The notes: generated from the letters alone by a model not told the origin. A stretch of DNA of 64,000 nucleotides from Deltaproteobacteria bacterium (GCA_033763315.1 JANRKS010000011.1:1-64000), one strand, 5' to 3'; counted from the stretch's first letter, positions 1 to 9,450 are shown. Numbers and translations are program-made.

Positions 1-1
1 G

Positions 2-598
2 ATGCGCTATCGCTCCCAGGGCCGCAATGGCCGCTTGGGCCGTACGGCCTCGAGTCGCCGACAAAGCCCACGCGCGCAACAGCGGCACCGCCGCGGGATC
101 TCCCAAAACACCCAAGGCGGTGGCCGTGGACGCGCGCCACGCCTCATCGCGATCTTCAGCCAAGATCTGCAGCAATGGCAGCAACGCCGGATCACGCATG
201 CGTCCCGCGGCCGCCAGCGCCGCCACACGCACTTCAACCACACCGTCAGAAAGACGCGCGGCCACGGCGGCGCGTGCCACTGGATCGCGTCGTGGTGAAA
301 GCGCGGCCATCGCCGCCACGCGTACCTCGGCGCTTTCGTCTTCGGCGTAGACGGCCACGACGTGGCTGTCAATGCCGGGGCCAGCGGCCAACGCGCGCAA
401 CACGGCGGCGCGCACTTCGGGGGCCGGATGGCCGAGGAGCTTCCGCAGATTGAGCTGGGCTTGCGGGCTGGTGTCACTTGCGAGGCGAGCCACGTCAATG
501 AGCGCGTCGCGGGCGGGCAGCACGCCCGAAGGGGGCAGGCGCCGCGTGGGCCCATCGCTTGTGGCCAGGCAACTTAAGAGAATCAACAACGCGGTCAC
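2..598 (-). CDS. HEAT-repeat protein (partial, runs off left edge; not in ORF track)
   Basis: Manual translation from GTG 598: VTALLILLSCLATSDG...LLGHPAPEVRAAVLRAL...DESAEVRVAAMAAL...DGVVEVRVAALAAAG...ALGVLGDPAAVPLL, i.e. repeated HEAT/PBS-lyase-like EVRxAA motifs; open to the window edge. Confidence 0.8.
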   Translation of the reverse strand, partial: MTALLILLSCLATSDGPTRRLPPSGVLPARDALIDVARLASDTSPQAQLNLRKLLGHPAPEVRAAVLRALAAGPGIDSHVVAVYAEDESAEVRVAAMAALSPRRDPVARAAVAARLSDGVVEVRVAALAAAGRMRDPALLPLLQILAEDRDEAWRASTATALGVLGDPAAVPLLRAWALSATRGRTAQAAIAALGAIAH

Positions 599-642
599 GC
601 GAACAGTCTAACCCGCGCAACCTGGGTTAAACTGCCGGCACC

Positions 643-927
643 ATGACCAAAGACACGATCGTTTCCGTTCTGGAGTCGGAAGGCATCAAGAGCGGTGCCA
701 CCGGTTACCAGCTGCCTGAGGGCCGCGAGTTGGATTGTTTCATTCGTTCGTCGGCCGAAGTTCTTACGGTTTCTAAAATTGGCCGCCTGGCTTTGCCCGA
801 AAAGTTCCTCACGCTGGAGAACCGCAAGGGTGAAAAGTTCTTCTTTGCGTACGAAGATGTGGTGGGGTTCAAAATCGGTTTGCAAGAGAACGCCAAAGAC
901 CGTTCGGCGGCTGGATTCTTTCGCTAG
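643..927 (+). CDS. small hypothetical protein (94 aa)
   Basis: ATG start, globular-looking composition, divergent from the HEAT gene; no motif recognised. Confidence 0.7.
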   Translation: MTKDTIVSVLESEGIKSGATGYQLPEGRELDCFIRSSAEVLTVSKIGRLALPEKFLTLENRKGEKFFFAYEDVVGFKIGLQENAKDRSAAGFFR

Positions 928-1137
928 TCAGAGCCTCGTGGGATCGGGCTGGTTCTTATAACTGGCCATAACCATTGAGGAAAATCTGCCGATCGCGAGC
1001 AACTATTGCATTATCGGATCTTGACGCTGAACTAGCAGGCGTCGAATCAGGCCGGCCTTTGATGGCCGGCTTTGTTGTTTCGAAAAAGGCGAAGGCGGGA
1101 CTGCGGGTGTTTGGCCGTTTGAAACGTAGCGCCGTCG

Positions 1138-1151
1138 ACAACACCTGTTGT
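1138..1151. promoter_or_regulatory. palindromic upstream site ACAACA-CC-TGTTGT (candidate enhancer-binding-protein site), copy 1
   Basis: Identical 14-mer at 2861-2874; the two start 88 and 89 bp upstream of their sigma-54 motifs while flanking sequence differs. Confidence 0.6.
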
Positions 1152-1225
1152 GCCCGAAGCAACACCCGGGAGCGAAATCTGCTCCAAAACGGCTTTTATT
1201 GGTAGTTTGAATTACAATTTTTTGA

Positions 1226-1241
1226 TGGCACAACACCTGCA
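1226..1241 (+). promoter_or_regulatory. sigma-54 (-24/-12) promoter
   Basis: TGGCAC-AACAC-CTGCA fits TGGCAC-N5-TTGCW (GG-N10-GC); AT-rich tract just upstream. Confidence 0.75.
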
Positions 1242-1261
1242 GTAGGAGGGAACAAGGGGAT

Positions 1262-1342
1262 TTTCCCGAAATGGCAAACCGCGGGCGACCGCGCGACGCA
1301 AAGCCGACGGGGCTCATCGAGCTGGCCGGGTTACCGAAGGAG
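1262..1342 (+). ncRNA. cyclic di-GMP-I (GEMM-I) riboswitch aptamer, copy 1
   Basis: GGCAAACC-GCGG-GCGA-CCGC-GC-GACGCAAAGCC...GGCTC-ATC-GAGCT...GGGTTACCG: conserved GEMM core, P2 with GNRA tetraloop, P3 hairpin; directly before AAGGAG RBS. Confidence 0.9.
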
Positions 1343-1349
1343 AGGCACG

Positions 1350-2696
1350 ATGACGAAGGCACTTTGGAACTCGCTGGGTGTGTTGTTGGTGGGTGGCGCC
1401 GTAGGGTGCGGCGCCGCAGGGCAAGATGGTTCGGCCCTGTTGCAGGACGATCCCGTTTCGCAGGGTTTGACCTCTGAAAACGGCTTGTCCGCCATCAACG
1501 GCTTGTCAGCAATCAACGGTCTGGTGGCCAGCAACGGCCTGATGACTGCCAACGGTCTTTCCACCATCAATGGTCTCTCCACCATTAACGGGTTGTCAGC
1601 GATCAACGGATTGATGACCAGCAATGGTGGACGAGCGACGGTGGAATACTTGGCGAAGTGTGCGCTGAGCAATGGCGACTACATCGACAAGCAGGACAAC
1701 ACGGGCACATGGCGCCGCTACCAAGGCCGCTTGGGCATCGGTTCAGGCTGGAAGAACGGTACATGTGATACGGCGTGCCAAGAGAAGATCAGCGCATGCA
1801 TGTTGGCGCACATGAACAGCACCGGCAATCACGTGCCCATCTTCATCAATGCGAACCCTGATCGCATGCCGTCTGTGGGCATGAGCTTGGCCTACGAAGC
1901 GGGCAGCGACGCCGCGATTCAAGAGGGCGTGTTTATGGGCAACATGCTTGCCAAAAATCCGCCCGATGCCTACTTCGCCAAGGGCAACGGCTTTAAGGCC
2001 AGCATCGCAGGGCGCTTGGGCGCAAGCTCAGGCAACCCCTACAAACCTTGGGAAGGCTACCGCCCCGACAACAGCGGGTACTACTCAGGCATCGCCAATG
2101 CGTTGTGCATGCAGCGTATCTTGCCTGACAACGAGCACTGGGAGTTCAAAGACTGCGGCAAGTCGGATTCGGCCTTTGGCCAATACAGCACCCGCTGGCA
2201 AGACGTGATGGTCACCTACGTGAACCGGAACTACAACAGCACTGTGAGCCAAGACTTTGTTGAACGCACCTTGAACTTCGAAGGTGATTCAACGGGCTAT
2301 AAGACCCAGAGCAAGTCCGACATCTGGACCACGGCTTATAACTTTGAATTCCAGGACACGGTGAATACCTACTCCCCTGGTATTTTGGACCTCAAGGTGA
2401 ACAACAACAGCAAGCGCCTTTGCGTTTCCAACACGAGCCACTTCGTGCTCACCAAGAACACCGGCGAGCCGTTCTCGCTCAAGAGCCTCAATCTCAACGA
2501 AGAGTACGGAAGCCTCACCAGCAACCGCGAAGTGAAGATCACGGGCTATGTTCGTGGCAGCAGCACCCGCAAGACCTACAGCGCTTGGCTCAATGGCATC
2601 ACGAGTGCAACTTTGAACTGGGACAACCTGATCAAGGTTGAGATTCGGTCCCTCAATGGCAACACCTGCATTGATGACGTGGTCGTGAAGACATAG
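1350..2696 (+). CDS. secreted lipoprotein with 8x NGLxxx repeats, Cys-containing conserved domain and variable C-terminal domain (paralog 1)
   Basis: AAGGAG RBS; lipobox-like AVGC; NGL hexapeptide array; YLAKCAL...GLG...W...C...CQ..ISACM.AHMN core shared with paralog 2. Confidence 0.9.
   Translation: MTKALWNSLGVLLVGGAVGCGAAGQDGSALLQDDPVSQGLTSENGLSAINGLSAINGLVASNGLMTANGLSTINGLSTINGLSAINGLMTSNGGRATVEYLAKCALSNGDYIDKQDNTGTWRRYQGRLGIGSGWKNGTCDTACQEKISACMLAHMNSTGNHVPIFINANPDRMPSVGMSLAYEAGSDAAIQEGVFMGNMLAKNPPDAYFAKGNGFKASIAGRLGASSGNPYKPWEGYRPDNSGYYSGIANALCMQRILPDNEHWEFKDCGKSDSAFGQYSTRWQDVMVTYVNRNYNSTVSQDFVERTLNFEGDSTGYKTQSKSDIWTTAYNFEFQDTVNTYSPGILDLKVNNNSKRLCVSNTSHFVLTKNTGEPFSLKSLNLNEEYGSLTSNREVKITGYVRGSSTRKTYSAWLNGITSATLNWDNLIKVEIRSLNGNTCIDDVVVKT
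1479..1622 (+). repeat. 8 x 18-bp degenerate coding tandem repeat (NGL-SAI,SAI,VAS,MTA,STI,STI,SAI,MTS)
   Basis: AAYGGN(C/T)TN-N9 period of 18 nt read directly. Confidence 0.95.
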
Positions 2697-2715
2697 TCGC
2701 AATCTAAATAAGACG

Positions 2716-2753
2716 AAGCGAACAGCTGGCCCTCGGGTCAGCTGTTCGCTTTT
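2716..2753 (+). terminator. intrinsic terminator
   Basis: AAGCGAACAGCTGGCC...GGTCAGCTGTTCGCTT hairpin plus T-tract, 20 bp after the stop. Confidence 0.85.
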
Positions 2754-2860
2754 GCGCGCGGCATGTGCGCCTGCACTCACCCAGTCGCCCTTGCCGACCG
2801 ATTGCATGGCTTGGGCAGCGGTTGGCTTAAGCGTCGACGTTCAGTGCTGTCGTGGGAGCA

Positions 2861-2895
2861 ACAACACCTGTTGTCTCCGGCACAACAGGTGTCGT
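2861..2895. promoter_or_regulatory. paired palindromic upstream sites, copy 2 (ACAACACCTGTTGT-N7-ACAACAGGTGTCGT)
   Basis: Two near-identical sites in inverted orientation, 21 bp centre to centre. Confidence 0.6.
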
Positions 2896-2949
2896 CCCCA
2901 AATGGTCGGATTCGTGGTTTGTTGTGTAATTTATGTTACATATCATGCA

Positions 2950-2965
2950 TGGCACAACACCTGCA
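2950..2965 (+). promoter_or_regulatory. sigma-54 promoter, copy 2
   Basis: TGGCACAACACCTGCA identical to 1226-1241. Confidence 0.75.
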
Positions 2966-2985
2966 GTAGGAGGGAACAAGGGGAT

Positions 2986-3066
2986 TTTCCCGAAATGGCA
3001 AACCGCGGGCGACCGCGCGACGCAAAGCCGACAGAGCTCATCGAGCTGGCTGGGTTACCGAAGGAG
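2986..3066 (+). ncRNA. cyclic di-GMP-I (GEMM-I) riboswitch aptamer, copy 2
   Basis: Same core as copy 1; differences in P3 preserve base pairing. Confidence 0.9.
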
Positions 3067-3073
3067 GGGCACG

Positions 3074-4402
3074 ATGACGAAGGCACTTTGGAACTCGCTG
3101 GGTGTGTTGTTGGTGGGTGGCGCCGTAGGGTGCGGCGCCGCAGGGCAAGATGGTTCGGCCCTGTTGCAGGACGACCCCGTTTCGCAGGGTTTGGCCTCCG
3201 AGAACGGCTTGTCCGCCATCAACGGCTTATCGGCAATCAACGGTCTGGTGGCCAGCAACGGCCTGATGACTGCCAACGGTCTTTCCACCATCAATGGTCT
3301 CTCCACCATCAACGGTTTGATGACCAGCAATGGCCTCATGACCAGCAATGGTGGACGAGCCACGGTGGAATACTTGGCGAAGTGTGCGCTGAGCAATGGC
3401 GACTACATCGACAAGCAAGACAACACAGGCAAAAGCTATCGTTACTACGGACGTGTTGGCATTGGCTCCGGCTGGAAGAATGGCCAATGCGACACCAGCT
3501 GCCAACAAAAGATCAGCGCCTGCATGATGGCGCACATGAACAGCACGGGCAACCACGTGCCCATCTTCATTAATGCCGATCCCGACAAGATGCCGTCGGT
3601 GGGCATGAGCTTGCCAACCGATTCGGGCAGCGACGCTATCATTCAAGAAGGCGTCTTCATGGGCAACATGCTCACATCCAATCCACCCACGGCCTACTTC
3701 GTTAAGGGTGATGGCTTTAAAGCCAGCATCCCTGGCCGTTTGGGCGCGAGCAGCGGCAATCCTTACAAGTCGTGGAGCGGCTACCGCACGGATGACGCCA
3801 ATTTCTACGACGGCATCGCTTCCGCCCTGTGTCAGGCGCGGGTGCTGTCGGACGGCGAACACTACGACTACAAGGAATGTGGGACCGCGAGCGGCCCGTA
3901 CGGAACGTACATTGGCAGTTGGCCAAACGTCGTTACGACCTACGTCAACCGGAATTACAACGGCAGCGTGGCCCAGAACTTCTCTACTGTGACCTTGAAT
4001 TTCAACGGCGAAGGCCTGGGCTTCAAGACGCGCAGCAAAGCTGAGGTGTGGACGACCACGAGCAACTTTGAGTTCAAGAACACCGTGTGGATGTATGCCA
4101 CTGGCAACCTTACGATCGAATCGCCGGCTGGCAGCAACGCCTTGTGCTCGAACTACTGGGGCGAACACATCGTGATCACGAAGAACACGGGCGAGCCTTT
4201 CTCCTTGTCCTCTTTGAACGTGCACGTGGGCAACACGGTCACCATCAAGGGCTACAAGAAGGGCACCTCCACCGTTGTAAGTAAGACCATCAGCACGCCC
4301 GGCCTAAACAACGCGACCATCTTGAATTGGGACGGTCTGTTGAAGGTCGAGATCAAGCAGAACCAGGGCGTCTGCATCGACGACGTCGTCTTGAAGACAT
4401 AA
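3074..4402 (+). CDS. secreted NGL-repeat lipoprotein (paralog 2)
   Basis: Start placed at ATG 3074 by alignment with paralog 1 and the AAGGAGG RBS; near-identical N-terminus, diverged C-terminus. Confidence 0.9.
   Translation: MTKALWNSLGVLLVGGAVGCGAAGQDGSALLQDDPVSQGLASENGLSAINGLSAINGLVASNGLMTANGLSTINGLSTINGLMTSNGLMTSNGGRATVEYLAKCALSNGDYIDKQDNTGKSYRYYGRVGIGSGWKNGQCDTSCQQKISACMMAHMNSTGNHVPIFINADPDKMPSVGMSLPTDSGSDAIIQEGVFMGNMLTSNPPTAYFVKGDGFKASIPGRLGASSGNPYKSWSGYRTDDANFYDGIASALCQARVLSDGEHYDYKECGTASGPYGTYIGSWPNVVTTYVNRNYNGSVAQNFSTVTLNFNGEGLGFKTRSKAEVWTTTSNFEFKNTVWMYATGNLTIESPAGSNALCSNYWGEHIVITKNTGEPFSLSSLNVHVGNTVTIKGYKKGTSTVVSKTISTPGLNNATILNWDGLLKVEIKQNQGVCIDDVVLKT
3203..3346 (+). repeat. 8 x 18-bp coding tandem repeat (NGL-SAI,SAI,VAS,MTA,STI,STI,MTS,MTS)
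   Basis: Same period and count as copy 1; unit 7 differs. Confidence 0.95.
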
Positions 4403-4420
4403 GCGGCTCCATCAGCCACG

Positions 4421-4454
4421 GAAAAGCCGGCCCCAGGGTCGGCTTTTCGCTTTT
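4421..4454 (+). terminator. intrinsic terminator
   Basis: GAAAAGCCGGCC...GGTCGGCTTTTC hairpin followed by GCTTTT. Confidence 0.8.
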
Positions 4455-4483
4455 GGAAACCCTTTCGATTTACACTGTCATCC

Positions 4484-5368
4484 ATGCAGCCCTTCTTGCG
4501 CGAGCCGCCCTTAGGTCGCGGCCCCTTCTTTTCGGTGTGGCACCGCAAAGAGGACGAGATACGGTTTGCGTGGCATTACCACGAGGCGTACGAGCTGACG
4601 CTGATCGTGGGCAGCCAGGGGCGCCGTTTGGTGGGCGATAGCGAGTCCACTTATGAAGCGGGCGATCTTGTGCTGGTCGGCCCGGGCGTGCCGCACACGT
4701 ATGCATCCACGCCGGGCGGCCACACAGCCCATGAACAAATCGTGACGCATTTCGATCGGCGCTTGTTTGGTGAGTCTGCCTTGCACGATCCACAGATGGC
4801 GCCGTTAAATGACCTTCTGAATGCGGCGGCAAAAGGCGTGTTGTTTGCCGGCACGGTGAGCCGGCGCTTGTTGCCGCTATTCTTGCGTCTACCCACCGAG
4901 CGCCCTCTCGTGCGCTTGGCAACGTTTTGCACGTTGTTGGACGCCTTGAGTGAAACGCCAGCGCACGAACGGACTTTGTTGTCGGCTTTGACGTTTGGTC
5001 CCACGAGCAACAGGGCAGATCCGCAGCCGATTCAAAAGATTTCGCGCTTCTTGGAAGACAATTTTCACAAGCAGATATCCCTCATTCAGGCGGCCCGCCT
5101 CGTGGCCATGAGCCCCTCCGCGTTCTCACGATTTTTCAAAGCAAGCACCGGGCACACCTTCGTGGAGTATGTGAACGAGCTGCGCCTGCGGCACGCCAGC
5201 CGTCTGCTGCTGGAAACGGATCGAGGCGTAGCCGACATCGCAGCCGCGTCTGGCTTTCCTAACGTTTCTTATTTCAACCGACGCTTCTTGGCGGCGAAGA
5301 ACCTGAGGCCCAGCGACTATCGAGAAAGCATCCGCAAGCTGCGGCCCACCGGTTTGCCGCCGCGGTGA
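4484..5368 (+). CDS. AraC-family transcriptional regulator (cupin + HTH)
   Basis: WHYHEAYELTLI cupin; MSPSAFSRFFK and SGFPNVSYFNRRF HTH signatures. Confidence 0.93.
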   Translation: MQPFLREPPLGRGPFFSVWHRKEDEIRFAWHYHEAYELTLIVGSQGRRLVGDSESTYEAGDLVLVGPGVPHTYASTPGGHTAHEQIVTHFDRRLFGESALHDPQMAPLNDLLNAAAKGVLFAGTVSRRLLPLFLRLPTERPLVRLATFCTLLDALSETPAHERTLLSALTFGPTSNRADPQPIQKISRFLEDNFHKQISLIQAARLVAMSPSAFSRFFKASTGHTFVEYVNELRLRHASRLLLETDRGVADIAAASGFPNVSYFNRRFLAAKNLRPSDYRESIRKLRPTGLPPR

Positions 5369-5380
5369 CGTGTGCTTCGG

Positions 5381-6196
5381 TCAGCCCTGCTTTGTGGCGA
5401 TGAACTTTGATGGCGACTGGCCCATCGTGGACGTGAACACGCGATGAAACTGCGGGTAGCTTCCGAACCCCGCGCGCAAAGCCGCCTCCGTGATGTTGGC
5501 TCGTTCGCCCCGCTGGTAGGACGACAAGAAGCGCTGAATGCGCAGCTGGTTGCGGTACTGGATGAGTGGGATGCCCATCTCTTTGTGGAAAAGCCGCGAC
5601 AAATACGTTGGGCTGACGCGAACCCGCTTGGCGAGCGAGGTGCAGTCAGCGTCGGCTTCACCCAAGACGTGCAGTGCGCGCGCGATGGTGGGGTGCATTT
5701 TTGTTGATAAGGGATCCGCGCCTTCCCCCTTGCGCCACATCTGCCAGGCCAGGCTTGTGATTCGCAGGAGCTCGGCGTTGTGAAGATCCGTTTCTGGGGT
5801 GACGGCGGCGCCATCTTTGGCGGCGCGGATCAGTTTCTCCGCATCACGGGCATCAATCGTTCGCAGGTATAAGTCGGCCGGGTTCCGTTCCAGCAGTGGG
5901 GCGACCTCTTGCGGGTTGCATAGGTTGCGTAACACGTGCGGGCGAATCACCCAGATCCACATCTCGAAATCGGGCGAGGTGTTAAACAGCATGTGCTCTT
6001 GATCAGGAAACAACCACAGCATGGAATGTCGCTGCAGATCCACTCGCCTTCCGAAGATGCGGTAGGACGCTGTACCACGCACCACGATGTTGCCTTCTAC
6101 CTCGTCGTGCGAATGGAAGGAACACATGGGCGCCCGCCGATCGTGGTGCCAAATGAATCCCCATGACGATTTTGCGATGGGAAGTTCTTTGCGCAT
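5381..6196 (-). CDS. AraC-family transcriptional regulator
   Basis: FHSHDEVE cupin; VSPTYLSRLF and AGFGSYPQFHRVF; ATG 6196 preferred (track start 6238). Confidence 0.92.
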   Translation of the reverse strand: MRKELPIAKSSWGFIWHHDRRAPMCSFHSHDEVEGNIVVRGTASYRIFGRRVDLQRHSMLWLFPDQEHMLFNTSPDFEMWIWVIRPHVLRNLCNPQEVAPLLERNPADLYLRTIDARDAEKLIRAAKDGAAVTPETDLHNAELLRITSLAWQMWRKGEGADPLSTKMHPTIARALHVLGEADADCTSLAKRVRVSPTYLSRLFHKEMGIPLIQYRNQLRIQRFLSSYQRGERANITEAALRAGFGSYPQFHRVFTSTMGQSPSKFIATKQG

Positions 6197-6306
6197 GCCC
6201 GCAAGCCTAACAAGGACGCGCAAAAAGCGCGACGGCAAAAACCGAGAGGTATTGCGACAGGAAACGAGAAGATCGCAGACCGTGCGGCGCTAGACCTAGG
6301 CCCACG

Positions 6307-9300
6307 ATGTGGGCGAACAGACCGTTGCTACTAGGCGCAGCGCTTTGGCTTGAAGCGTGGTGCAACGAGGCGCGGGCAACCACGAATGTGGACTTTGAGC
6401 GTGACGTTGCTCCCATTTTCAAAGAGTCTTGCGTCACATGCCACGGTCCTGCGAAGCAACGCGCGAAGTTTCGGTTGGACACGAAAGATGGCTTGCTTCA
6501 GGTGGGCGATGACGGGCCTCGCGTGGTGCCGAGTGACGCCGAGGCTAGCCTGCTGCTGAAGCTGGTGGCGACGCCCGATGATGACGATCGCATGCCCCCG
6601 GCCGAGAAACCGCGGCTGACGAGCCAGCAAGTGCAAACGCTGCGACAGTGGATTGCCCAAGGGGCGCCGTGGCCCAAGGGATTGGCTTTGGTGCCGCCAG
6701 ACCAGGCACAGCAGCACTGGGCCTTTGTGCCGCCCACGCGGGTGAAAGTGCCTGCCGCAACCGCATTAGGACGAGCAGCAAAGGCGGCGATGAATCCGAT
6801 CGATGCCTTCGTGCTCGCGCGGCTTGCTGATGAGGGCCTGCCAGCTTCGCCCCCGGCCGATCGGCGAACCTTGATTCGTCGATTGTGGTTCGACTTGGTG
6901 GGGCTGCCCCCTTCACCCGAAGCTGTGCACGCCTTCGTCGCTGACAAGCGGCCTGACGCCACGGAGCGCGTGATTGATTCTCTGCTGGCTTCACCACACT
7001 TTGGTGAGCGCTGGGCGCGTGATTGGTTGGATGGCGCCCGCTACGCCGATAGCGACGGCTTCGAGAAAGACAAACGCCGCAGCGTGTGGCCTTACCGGGA
7101 TTGGGTGGTTGCGGCGCTTAATGCAGACGTTCCCTATGATCAGTTTGTGATCAAGCAGCTGGCAGGGGATCTGCTGCCTGGCGGTGGGGTGGGGAACCAC
7201 ATCGCGACCGGATTTCTGCGCACGTCTCAACAGAATGAAGAGGGCGGTGCCGACCCAGAGCAATTTCGCATCGAGGCTTTGCTTGAGCGGTTGGACACGC
7301 TGGGAAAGAGTCTGCTTGGCCTGACCGTTGGCTGTGCGCAATGCCACAACCATAAATTCGATCCCATATCCCAGGAAGATTTCTATCGGTTGCTGGCGGT
7401 GTTCAACCAGAACGACGAAACAAGCCTTCTGGTCTACTCTGCCGAGGCAGAGCGCCAACGCCAAACGGTGCGTAAGGGGATCGAACGCCTGCAAGAAGAG
7501 ATGAAGGCCAGCCTGCCTTCGTGGCGGCAACATCAGAGCGCGTGGGAGGCGCGGGTGCGCCAGCAAAACCAAACGAATTGGCACACGTTGGCAGCGCCGT
7601 TTATTGACGACACCACAGGCGGCCAAAAATACCTACAACAACCCGATGGTTCGTTTCTCGCGATGGGGTACGCGCCCACCCATCATACGGCGGGCATGGC
7701 GGTGGCGGCACCCGTACGCCGGGTGGCGGCGCTGCGGCTTGAGCTGCTCACAGATCCGAATTTGCCGTTGTCGGGGCCAGGCCGCGCTGAAAACGGTACG
7801 TGCGCGTTGAGCGAGCTTCGGCTTGAGGTGGTTCCCGCGGGCGGCGGTAAGGCGAGCCGTGATGTTCCCTTTGCAGAGGCATTTGCCGATCATGAGCCTG
7901 CAGAAGCGCCTTTGGCCGTGCGGTTTGACGATAAGAAAGGCAAACATCGGGTCACAGGTGGTGCGGCGTTCGTGATCGACGGTAAGAACGAGACGGCGTG
8001 GGGAATCGATCGAGATCCCGGACGACGAAACCAGCCGCACGCGTTGGTGTTGATCGCGAAAGAGCCCGTGGAGCTGCAAGCCGGCGAGCAATTGATGTTG
8101 CACTTGGTTCAAGAGCATGGCGGTTGGAACAGCGACGATTTGCAAACCAACAACTTGGGCCGCTTTCGGATCTCCGTCACCGACAGCCCGCCTTTGCGTC
8201 GGGCCCCGGTGGCACCGCATGTGTGGGCGGCCGTGAACATACCTGCGTCGAAGCGTTCTGCGAATGACGACGCCATTGTTTTTGAGGCGTTCCGCGGCAG
8301 CGTGCCCGCCTGGCGTAAGTACAATGCGGCGATTGAAAAGCTGTGGGCGCGCCATCCTGAGGGGCAAAGCACATTGACTGTGACCGCCCGCCCCCTGCAA
8401 CGCGTGACCCATGTGTTTGAGCGCGGCGATTTTCTAAAGTTGGGCAAACAGGTTGAGCCGGGTGGCTTGCCACTTTTGCAGGCCGGCGGTCCAGCACCCG
8501 TGGTCAAGAATCGATTGGATCTGGCGCGCTGGTTGATGAGGCCCGACGCACCCACGGTGTACCGCGTGGTTGTGAACCGTCTGTGGCAAGCGTATTTCGG
8601 GCAGGGGCTGCACAGCACGCCCGAGGACTTTGGAACGCAAGCCCCGCCGCCTTTGCACCGCGACCTGATGGATCACTTGGTGTTCGAGTTGGCCACCCAC
8701 GGTTTTCGGTTGAAGCACTTGCACCGCCTGATCACTATGTCAGCCACATACCAGCAGAGCAGCCGGTACGCGCCCCAGCATTTGGAGCGCGATCCAACAA
8801 ACCAGTGGCTGTCGCGGGGGCCGCGCGTAAGGCTGGGCGCTGAACAACTGCGTGACGCTTCCCTCAGTGTGGCCGGCCTCCTGAATGTGCGGATGGGTGG
8901 CCCCCCCGTCATGCCGCCGGCGCCCGCGTTTTTGTTTGTGCCGCCATCAAGCTATGGTCCATTCCCTTGGATCGATGCCGTGGACAACGCACGCTTTCGG
9001 CGCGGGCTTTATGTGTTCAGGCGGCGCAGCACTCCGTTTCCGTCGTTGCAGTTGTTCGACGCGCCCAATGGCGATGTTGTGTGCGTGCGCAGAAACCGCT
9101 CAAACACGCCCTTGCAAGCGCTGGCCACGCTCAATGATCCGATGTTTCTTGAAGCTGCGCGTGGCTTTGCGCTGCAGATGTTGAAGCGCAGCGATGTTTC
9201 TGATCGCCAACGGATTCGTGATGGGTTCGAGCGCCTCATGGCGCGCCAGCCCGATACCGCTGAGTTGGATGTGTTGCTGGCATGGCTCGAACAGCAGCGG

Positions 9301-9450
9301 CAGCAAATCCGCGGTGACACCGCCCGCGCTGAGAAGATTGTGGGCGCAGTTGACCTGCTGCCCGCCGGAGCGCCGACAACTGAAGCGGCCTTGTACACGC
9401 TGCTGGCGCGGCTGATGTTGAACCTAGACGAGGCGTTAACGAAGGAATAG
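6307..9450 (+). CDS. PSD1 / planctomycete cytochrome c protein (PSCyt1, DUF1549, DUF1553)
   Basis: CVTCHG and [12 protein letters not shown] heme motifs; [29 protein letters not shown] motifs; signal peptide. Confidence 0.92.
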   Translation: MWANRPLLLGAALWLEAWCNEARATTNVDFERDVAPIFKESCVTCHGPAKQRAKFRLDTKDGLLQVGDDGPRVVPSDAEASLLLKLVATPDDDDRMPPAEKPRLTSQQVQTLRQWIAQGAPWPKGLALVPPDQAQQHWAFVPPTRVKVPAATALGRAAKAAMNPIDAFVLARLADEGLPASPPADRRTLIRRLWFDLVGLPPSPEAVHAFVADKRPDATERVIDSLLASPHFGERWARDWLDGARYADSDGFEKDKRRSVWPYRDWVVAALNADVPYDQFVIKQLAGDLLPGGGVGNHIATGFLRTSQQNEEGGADPEQFRIEALLERLDTLGKSLLGLTVGCAQCHNHKFDPISQEDFYRLLAVFNQNDETSLLVYSAEAERQRQTVRKGIERLQEEMKASLPSWRQHQSAWEARVRQQNQTNWHTLAAPFIDDTTGGQKYLQQPDGSFLAMGYAPTHHTAGMAVAAPVRRVAALRLELLTDPNLPLSGPGRAENGTCALSELRLEVVPAGGGKASRDVPFAEAFADHEPAEAPLAVRFDDKKGKHRVTGGAAFVIDGKNETAWGIDRDPGRRNQPHALVLIAKEPVELQAGEQLMLHLVQEHGGWNSDDLQTNNLGRFRISVTDSPPLRRAPVAPHVWAAVNIPASKRSANDDAIVFEAFRGSVPAWRKYNAAIEKLWARHPEGQSTLTVTARPLQRVTHVFERGDFLKLGKQVEPGGLPLLQAGGPAPVVKNRLDLARWLMRPDAPTVYRVVVNRLWQAYFGQGLHSTPEDFGTQAPPPLHRDLMDHLVFELATHGFRLKHLHRLITMSATYQQSSRYAPQHLERDPTNQWLSRGPRVRLGAEQLRDASLSVAGLLNVRMGGPPVMPPAPAFLFVPPSSYGPFPWIDAVDNARFRRGLYVFRRRSTPFPSLQLFDAPNGDVVCVRRNRSNTPLQALATLNDPMFLEAARGFALQMLKRSDVSDRQRIRDGFERLMARQPDTAELDVLLAWLEQQRQQIRGDTARAEKIVGAVDLLPAGAPTTEAALYTLLARLMLNLDEALTKE

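Noticed and set aside
7-555. Track ORF of 182 aa on the minus strand
   Set aside because: Wrong frame; the HEAT-repeat frame from GTG 598 is the plausible gene
2933-3073. 47-aa N-terminal extension of paralog 2
   Set aside because: It spans the promoter and riboswitch; the RBS and paralog alignment fix the start at 3074
1479-3346. 18-bp periodic repeats as a CRISPR array
   Set aside because: Units are contiguous, in frame, vary at synonymous positions, have no unique spacers, and no cas genes are present
3227-4225. Long antisense ORFs (this one, 53520-54461, 56002-56865 and others)
   Set aside because: Shadow frames of well-supported genes, expected from high-GC codon usage; no motifs or RBS
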